Shown: in pieces, positions 58,277 through 64,000 of the stretch
Numbering within the stretch: position 1 is the stretch's first letter
How the letters are laid out: the number at the start of each line of letters is the position of its first letter
Assembly (NCBI GenBank): GCA_963767735.1
Contig: CAVYES010000007.1
Location: 96,001 to 160,000 of the forward strand
Source: Candidatus Bathyarchaeota archaeon
GTDB lineage: Archaea; Thermoproteota; Bathyarchaeia; Bathyarchaeales; Bathycorpusculaceae
DNA length: 64,000 nucleotides
Reading direction: 5' to 3'
Notes under the pieces: model-generated
What the model was told of the DNA's origin: nothing
Databases searched by the model: none
Seen by the model: the letters and a program-made list of their open reading frames with translations, nothing else
Made by a program: the position numbers and the translations under genes

Positions 58277-59971
58277 CTATATTTCTGGTGACTTGCCTTT
58301 TAAGAGGAACTGCTTTTCATATATTTCTCTGACTTTTTCAATGGTGTTGGCTTCCTGCGGGGTTTTGTCGTCCCTTATCCGGCTGATTCTTGCAAACCGC
58401 AACGCCATCTGGCTCTTGTACTTGGGGCTCCTCTGAATCTCATTATAAGCTACTTCAACCACGATTTTGGGAATAACTATAACGCGATGCCCTTCCTGCT
58501 CAACCATTGATTGTTTTAACTGCTTGGTCATCTCTATGATTTCGGCATCAGTTAAGCCTTTGAAAGTTTTACCCACATTAAGAAATTCTCCAGTCTTGGG
58601 TTCTCTTGCTCCAAGATAGTAATCGGAAAGCCAACCTTTCCGTCTTCCATAACCGTACTCAGCGGCGGTGATAACGAGGTCTAAGGGTTCGAGGACTGTT
58701 TTGATTTTCAGCCACTTTTTTCCTCTGCGCCCAGGAGTATATGGACTCTCGAGTTTTTTTGCCATTAACCCTTCGTGCCCAGCGGCTAAGGCTTCTTTGA
58801 GAAAACCGTCCGCTTCCTCAATTTTGTCAGTGACGATTTGTTTGGACAAAGGTATTTCGCCAGCGTTCTGTGCCAAAATTTGCCTGCGCTGGAGGTAAGG
58901 ATGAGCGATTAAGCTTTCACCATTAACGTAGAGAACATCAAACAGGTACAGGGTTAAGGGAATTCTCTGAGCCATGCTGGCGACGCCGCGGGTTCGTTTG
59001 AAGCGCCGCATCAAATGTTGAAAGGCAATCGGATAACCCGCATTATCTAGCGCGACCACTTCGCCTTCAACGATAGCTGACTGCGCTTTAATGTTCCGTT
59101 TTACTGCTTCAACAATCTCAGGCAAACTTTCTGTCACGTTTGTTAGTCTTCTGCTGAAAATCTCTACAGTACCGTTTTGCTTGTGAATTTGGACCCTGGC
59201 GCCATCGTACTTGTATTCAAAAGCGGTTTTGCACCTTTGCTCTGTTAATGCTTCGTATACTGTTTGAGCCGTCTGGGCGAGCATAAGTTTTACTGGTCTA
59301 AAAACACTGAAACCTGCTTTCTCCAAACCTTCCACGCCGTATGTTTTCATTGTTGATGATACTTCACCTATGTCGCCAAGAACCATGCTTGCGTGCTGAA
59401 CCTTCTGGACGGGAACGTTGAAAGATCTTGCAACTGCTTGCTCCATTAAGCCTTCCTGTAGTCCCGTGCGCATTTCGCCCGTGAAGATTTTGACCAGGTA
59501 TTTGGCCTCAACCGGAGTTGTTTGGCTTAGCAGAGTAGATATCAAGCGTTCTTTTTTGGTTCGGGAACGTGCACCTGAAGTTTGGGCGATGGCTTCGAGT
59601 GCTCGCCTGACCTCGGTTATCGTTAGTGACCTCTCGGTTAGCTGTGTTTGCTTTTTTGCTTTGGCTTGCTCAAGAACCATTTTAGTGGCTGAGCCGATGT
59701 CGCCTGTGCTTGCCATGGCTTGGCGGAACATGCCCCAGTCAAATTGGCTTACTCGCTCTAAAACGCGGGTTAGGGTTGACCAGCTTACATCAAGCGATTT
59801 TTGGCTATATTTTGGGAATGCTCTGCCAACCATCATGTTTGTGGCGGGTTCAATCTCTTCGGGGCTAAGTGTTTTCAGGTAGTTTGCAGTTAAATCTATG
59901 ATTTCGAGCCGTTTCTTAGTAGCTTCTACTCTTTCAAGCAGTTCAGAGAGGGATTTGAAAGATACAGACAT
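58277..59971 (-). CDS. lig: ATP-dependent DNA ligase
   Basis: EYKYDGAR, EGEVV, FDVLY, EGLMAK, WLKIK, LRFAR..R.DK. Confidence 0.93.
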   Translation of the reverse strand: MSVSFKSLSELLERVEATKKRLEIIDLTANYLKTLSPEEIEPATNMMVGRAFPKYSQKSLDVSWSTLTRVLERVSQFDWGMFRQAMASTGDIGSATKMVLEQAKAKKQTQLTERSLTITEVRRALEAIAQTSGARSRTKKERLISTLLSQTTPVEAKYLVKIFTGEMRTGLQEGLMEQAVARSFNVPVQKVQHASMVLGDIGEVSSTMKTYGVEGLEKAGFSVFRPVKLMLAQTAQTVYEALTEQRCKTAFEYKYDGARVQIHKQNGTVEIFSRRLTNVTESLPEIVEAVKRNIKAQSAIVEGEVVALDNAGYPIAFQHLMRRFKRTRGVASMAQRIPLTLYLFDVLYVNGESLIAHPYLQRRQILAQNAGEIPLSKQIVTDKIEEADGFLKEALAAGHEGLMAKKLESPYTPGRRGKKWLKIKTVLEPLDLVITAAEYGYGRRKGWLSDYYLGAREPKTGEFLNVGKTFKGLTDAEIIEMTKQLKQSMVEQEGHRVIVIPKIVVEVAYNEIQRSPKYKSQMALRFARISRIRDDKTPQEANTIEKVREIYEKQFLLKGKSPEI

Positions 59972-60157
59972 AAGAATAACCTAAACTTCACAATCCAAAG
60001 AAGACTCTCCCAACTTATTTTATTTGCTTATTTTTAAGCTTGCCCTGACGATTTCCGTTGAATAGAGTTGTTCTGTTTTGTGTTTTTAGTTAAAGGTAGG
60101 CGGCTGATAAGTATTAACCATGCTTTTTGCGCTAAACCGAAAAACAAATAACTAAAT

Positions 60158-60784
60158 GTGAATGCAACAAGCTTAATGGGAAAATCCACAAAAACGGGGC
60201 GCTTAAGAGAAAAAATGCTTGCTGAAATAAAACAGTCTAAGCAGACAACATTTGACACTATACCCACTGTAAATGAGAAACCCTCCCCCAAGGTCGAAGC
60301 ATACAGCAACAAGCAGATAACGATAATTGGGGTCAGCACTCAAGCAAGGGAAGACGACTTGGAGCTTAAAGTTGGATTCAAGTTAGTCCCCTCAAGAGCT
60401 TCCTTTTCAAAGATAATTGCCGAACTATATTTTGATGGACAAAAACTTTACTGCAAAACCGTCCGAATCCCCCAAGGTTCTCTTTCAGCCGATGAGTTAG
60501 AATTGCCTGATGCTCTGGATATGAGGGGAATAAGCGCTGGAAAACACCTTATCCAAGTTGAAATGTACGAGCTGTGGAATTCTGAGGAAAAACTCAATTG
60601 CGCTTCGAAAGAAGTAACGATCGATTATGTCCCTGTGCGCAGGCAAGATAGGTTCATAAAAATTCCAATTGTGAAAAACCATTCAGGCGAGATTGATGTT
60701 GTTTTGGAATCGGAGAGAAACGTTTGGAGCGAAATTGAAGAAGACCATAGAAAAGAGCTCGTGGGCAAACGCGATGAATGGTGA
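60158..60784 (+). CDS. Hypothetical protein
   Basis: 208-aa ORF with an Ig-like beta-rich middle; start uncertain. Confidence 0.55.
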   Translation: MNATSLMGKSTKTGRLREKMLAEIKQSKQTTFDTIPTVNEKPSPKVEAYSNKQITIIGVSTQAREDDLELKVGFKLVPSRASFSKIIAELYFDGQKLYCKTVRIPQGSLSADELELPDALDMRGISAGKHLIQVEMYELWNSEEKLNCASKEVTIDYVPVRRQDRFIKIPIVKNHSGEIDVVLESERNVWSEIEEDHRKELVGKRDEW

Positions 60785-60925
60785 AATTGCGTGACTACAC
60801 CGTCTATCCTCCGCATGGCAAAATATAATATAAGCTTTGCCCGAAGAGCCTTAGAGTTCGCCTAGGAGAGAAGCAAGATAAAGCCGCTAAACCAAAAAAC
60901 CAAAGATCGCTTAGTTATCCTCGGA

Positions 60926-61147
60926 TTGTTAGCTTTAGAAACGGGCTTAATTTACAATGTGGTGATTAATTTTTACAATTACGTTGTTAAAGGGATGTGG
61001 TACTTTTTGGTTCTTGCCATTCTTGCGTCTGTCGGAACAGCAGTTTTGTTTGTGTATTTACTTGTGATTCTTTTTTCTTATTTGGCTAAGAGAGAAGTCT
61101 TAAGGAGCTTTCAAAAAAAACCCAAAAAACCCTTATCACAGCGTTAG
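60926..61147 (+). CDS. Small hypothetical membrane protein
   Basis: Hydrophobic helix with basic tail. Confidence 0.35.
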   Translation: MLALETGLIYNVVINFYNYVVKGMWYFLVLAILASVGTAVLFVYLLVILFSYLAKREVLRSFQKKPKKPLSQR

Positions 61148-61216
61148 AAAGATTAGGCGGAGCGTTGACAGGAGAAAACAAAAGAGAAAAAAATCTGATT
61201 TTGCGACCCTAAACAA

Positions 61217-61618
61217 TCAAGAAAATACAGAGAACGATGATTCGCCTTCAGGCTCTTTTTGTTTATCGTTGATTTCCTTAATTTTCTTTTCAAGTTCCTC
61301 TACTTCTTTAGTATTACCCAACACTTTTTGGCAGTCCCTTGCCTGCTCAAGTCCACTCAGGCCATATCTGTCAAATGCCTTGCTAAACGCGATATCTGCC
61401 GATTTCATGAAAAGTTCGGTGCCTTTCACGCAGTCCTTGAGGGCAACAGCGGCTTCACCAGCTTTATAATACATTTCTGCTGCACCAAAATAGTTCTGTC
61501 CTTTATAGTAAAGCTCGCCAGTTTTGGCAAACATGTCTTTTGCTTCTTCATATTTGCCGTTTTCCATTAGTGAAATGGCTTGTTTGTGCATTTTTATTGG
61601 GTCTACTTTTTCAGTCAT
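61217..61618 (-). CDS. TPR / alpha-SNAP-like helical repeat protein
   Basis: Repeating A..(F/Y).KA.E helical pattern. Confidence 0.65.
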   Translation of the reverse strand: MTEKVDPIKMHKQAISLMENGKYEEAKDMFAKTGELYYKGQNYFGAAEMYYKAGEAAVALKDCVKGTELFMKSADIAFSKAFDRYGLSGLEQARDCQKVLGNTKEVEELEKKIKEINDKQKEPEGESSFSVFS

Positions 61619-61759
61619 GAGTTGTCACTCTTTGTCTCTATTTTGAGGTGAACTCCCATTTAGATTTTCCTCTCCAAAAACCTCAAAAAAAGAAAGTAGC
61701 CAAACGGTGAATGGCATAACATAAAAGGCTCTTCCAATATGCAGTAAATAGGAATAAAC

Positions 61760-63160
61760 TTGATGCTACGCTGCATTCAATGTATTCGCTGCGGAACAGA
61801 GTTTCCAGTTTACCCACTGCGAAGTAACTGCGAAAAATGCGGCGGAACACTTGAATTCATAGCTGACTTTCCAGAAGCTGCAAAATTAAGCCTTTCTGGT
61901 CCTTTCGGATTTTGGCGGTACAGACTGATGCTTCCTCCCGTTAAGCATATGGTCAGTTTGGGAGAGGGCGGAACACCATTGCATAGGGCTGAAAGGCTTG
62001 CTAAAGCCGTTGGATTGAAAGACCTTTATTTGAAAGATGAAACCCGCAACCCCACAAGCTCCTACCGAGACCGCGCCGCAGCTTTCTTGACGTCAAACGC
62101 GATTGATCAAGGTTATGCCGCCTTAGTATGTGCCAGTAACGGAAACATGGGGGCTTCTTTAGCTGCCTACACCGCAAAAGCAGCGTTGATTTGCCATGTT
62201 GTGGTTCCTAAAGTTGTTGATGTTGGAAAACTGGCGCAGATGATTGCTTACGACGCCGTCATCGAGGAATCAGGCGTCATCGTGGATGACTCAATCCGAA
62301 AAGCAGCTGGCTTAGCCAAGGAAACAGGATGGTACCAAGCCACCGCCGAACTCAATCCGCTAGTTGTTGAAGCCCAAAAAACCATTTCGTATGAAATTTC
62401 TGAACAGTTTGCCGTTCCAGAATGGGTTATTGTTCCAATGGGAAGCGGCGGAACCATCTATTCTCTTTGGAAAGGGTTTAAAGAACTCAAACAGCTGGAA
62501 CTTACCAGTTCGCTGCCCCGGATGGTTGGGGTTCAGACTGAAGGCTGCGCGCCAATAATCAGCAAACTGAAACAAAACGGTTCCCTAAAAGCCTGCAACC
62601 CATCAACGCGAGCATTAGCTATTCTGGTAGGCGAACCACTCCAAAGCGACTTAGCAATTAAAGCCATAAAAGAATCAAACGGACTAGCTTTAACCGTGAC
62701 AGACGCGGAGATTTTTGCTTCGGAGCTTTTGGTCGCCAAACTCGAAGGAGTCTTCGCCGAACCCGCAAGCTCAGCCGCTGTAGCGGCATTACAAAAATTG
62801 AAAGATGATAAAATTTTAGGCGATGGAAGCGTGGTTTGCCTAATTACGGGGAGCGGCTTAAAGGCGACTGATGTTTTGCAAGCATTGACGAAAAAACAGA
62901 AAGCAGCAGGATTAGGGCTTGCAGTGAGTACAAAACAGAAAATTCTCAAAATCCTCAGCGAAAAAGACACGTATGGTTATGATTTGTGGAAGCAGTTGGG
63001 ACAGATCATGACTCGCGCCGCGGTGTATCAGCATCTCAATGAGTTATCGGACAGAGGGTTGGTGGTTGGCTATGAGGAGAGCGGCAAGAAATTTTTCCGA
63101 ATTACTGAGCGTGGAAGGAAGGTTCTGGCAGCTTTTGATGATATACAGTTGCTTTTGTGA
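61760..63160 (+). CDS. Threonine-synthase-fold protein lacking the PLP lysine, fused to a C-terminal PadR-like wHTH
   Basis: Zn ribbon, SLGEGGTPL, NPTSSYRDR (canonical NPTGSFKDR), ASNGN, PMGSGG, EPAS, TGSGLK; tail ILKIL...YGYDLWK....RAAVYQHL.EL...GLV....KFFRITERG. Confidence 0.85.
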   Translation: MMLRCIQCIRCGTEFPVYPLRSNCEKCGGTLEFIADFPEAAKLSLSGPFGFWRYRLMLPPVKHMVSLGEGGTPLHRAERLAKAVGLKDLYLKDETRNPTSSYRDRAAAFLTSNAIDQGYAALVCASNGNMGASLAAYTAKAALICHVVVPKVVDVGKLAQMIAYDAVIEESGVIVDDSIRKAAGLAKETGWYQATAELNPLVVEAQKTISYEISEQFAVPEWVIVPMGSGGTIYSLWKGFKELKQLELTSSLPRMVGVQTEGCAPIISKLKQNGSLKACNPSTRALAILVGEPLQSDLAIKAIKESNGLALTVTDAEIFASELLVAKLEGVFAEPASSAAVAALQKLKDDKILGDGSVVCLITGSGLKATDVLQALTKKQKAAGLGLAVSTKQKILKILSEKDTYGYDLWKQLGQIMTRAAVYQHLNELSDRGLVVGYEESGKKFFRITERGRKVLAAFDDIQLLL

Positions 63161-63183
63161 TTGTTGTTCCGTAACGCTTATTT

Positions 63184-63209
63184 TATAGTATAGCTGCAAC
63201 TATACTATA
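63184..63209. promoter_or_regulatory. 26-bp near-perfect palindrome overlapping the predicted pdxS promoter (candidate operator)
   Basis: tatagtatag-ctgcaa-ctatactata; overlaps TATA-like ttttatag at 63181; ends 14 bp before the pdxS ATG. Confidence 0.7.
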
Positions 63210-63222
63210 GGTGCGGTTTTGA

Positions 63223-64000
63223 ATGAGCGAAACTAAGAGAATAGTTGAGCAAAAAGGAACTGACAGGTTGAAAAGAGGATTTGCCAAAATGGTCAAAGGC
63301 GGCGTAGTAATGGATGTCACTAATGCAGAGCAGGCAAAGATTGCCGAGGCTGCAGGCGCCGTTTCCGTTATGGCACTAGAAGCTGTTCCTGCAGACATAC
63401 GCGCAAGAGGCGGCGTAGCAAGAATGGCTGAACCAAAAAGAGTTAAAGAAATCATTGCCGCAGTAACTGTTCCGGTTATGGCTAAATGCAGAATAGGTCA
63501 TATTGTGGAAGCACAAGTGCTTGAAGCCTTAGGTGCTGACATGGTTGATGAAAGTGAAGTATTAACTCCAGCAGACGAAGACGACCACATCGAAAAAAGA
63601 AAGTTTACTGTTCCTTTTGTATGTGGTGCAAGAAACCTAGGCGAAGCTTTAAGAAGAATAAATGAAGGAGCCGCCATGATAAGGACTAAAGGTGAACCAG
63701 GAACCGGAAACGTCGTTGAAGCGGTAAGACACCTAAAACTCATGAACAGAGAAGTAGCAGCATTAAAACGAATGTCAGACGACCAATTGATAGAAAAAGC
63801 TAAAGAATACTTTGTTCCAGTAGAATTAGTTAAAGAGACAAGAGACCTGGGAAGATTACCTGTCGTGAATTTTGCTGCAGGAGGAATTTCCACACCGTCT
63901 GATGCAGCATTAATGATGCAGTTAGGTGCCGATGGCTTATTTGTTGGTTCAGGAGTATTCAAATCTAAAAACCCCCAAGCTTACGCAAAAGCAATCGTAG
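63223..64000 (+). CDS. pdxS: Pyridoxal 5'-phosphate synthase lyase subunit (runs off window end; absent from ORF track)
   Basis: [72 protein letters not shown]. Confidence 0.95.
   Translation, partial: MSETKRIVEQKGTDRLKRGFAKMVKGGVVMDVTNAEQAKIAEAAGAVSVMALEAVPADIRARGGVARMAEPKRVKEIIAAVTVPVMAKCRIGHIVEAQVLEALGADMVDESEVLTPADEDDHIEKRKFTVPFVCGARNLGEALRRINEGAAMIRTKGEPGTGNVVEAVRHLKLMNREVAALKRMSDDQLIEKAKEYFVPVELVKETRDLGRLPVVNFAAGGISTPSDAALMMQLGADGLFVGSGVFKSKNPQAYAKAIV

Noticed and set aside
63183-63962. Minus-strand ORFs of 90 and 154 aa
   Set aside because: Antisense shadows of pdxS, which the ORF track missed because it has no stop in the window; the same applies to most short ORFs opposite long genes.

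Overview
Archaeal chromosomal window. Gene content (Rqc2, an EF-2 paralog, tandem purP, MvhAG-HdrBC, AOR, IorAB, a PEF-CTERM protein, frequent TTG/GTG starts) is most consistent with an anaerobic Bathyarchaeia-like lineage; this is inference, not a database result. Core blocks: AOR+ferredoxin, tRNA-Ile2(CAU), Ogg1 and an EF-2 paralog, purine genes, a hydrogenase/Hdr cluster with an indel-riddled hoxEFUYH, ACD-GNAT divergent from paaK-iorAB-paaI, apgM, two arylsulfotransferase-like genes, an MFS transporter, MoeB, DNA ligase and pdxS. Best leads: (1) a threonine-synthase-fold protein whose PLP Schiff-base Lys is replaced by Arg, fused to a PadR-like wHTH, directly upstream of pdxS, with a 26-bp near-perfect palindrome over the predicted pdxS promoter (candidate new vitamin-B6-sensing regulator); (2) a ~10.4-kb island at tRNA-Cys built from three tandem att-bounded segments, two sharing a ~120-bp right arm; (3) inside it, a HEPN domain fused to an apparently dead tyrosine recombinase; (4) IorA with an inserted 4x[4Fe-4S] module homologous to the AOR-associated ferredoxin. 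All calls come from reading motifs by eye; no searches were run.
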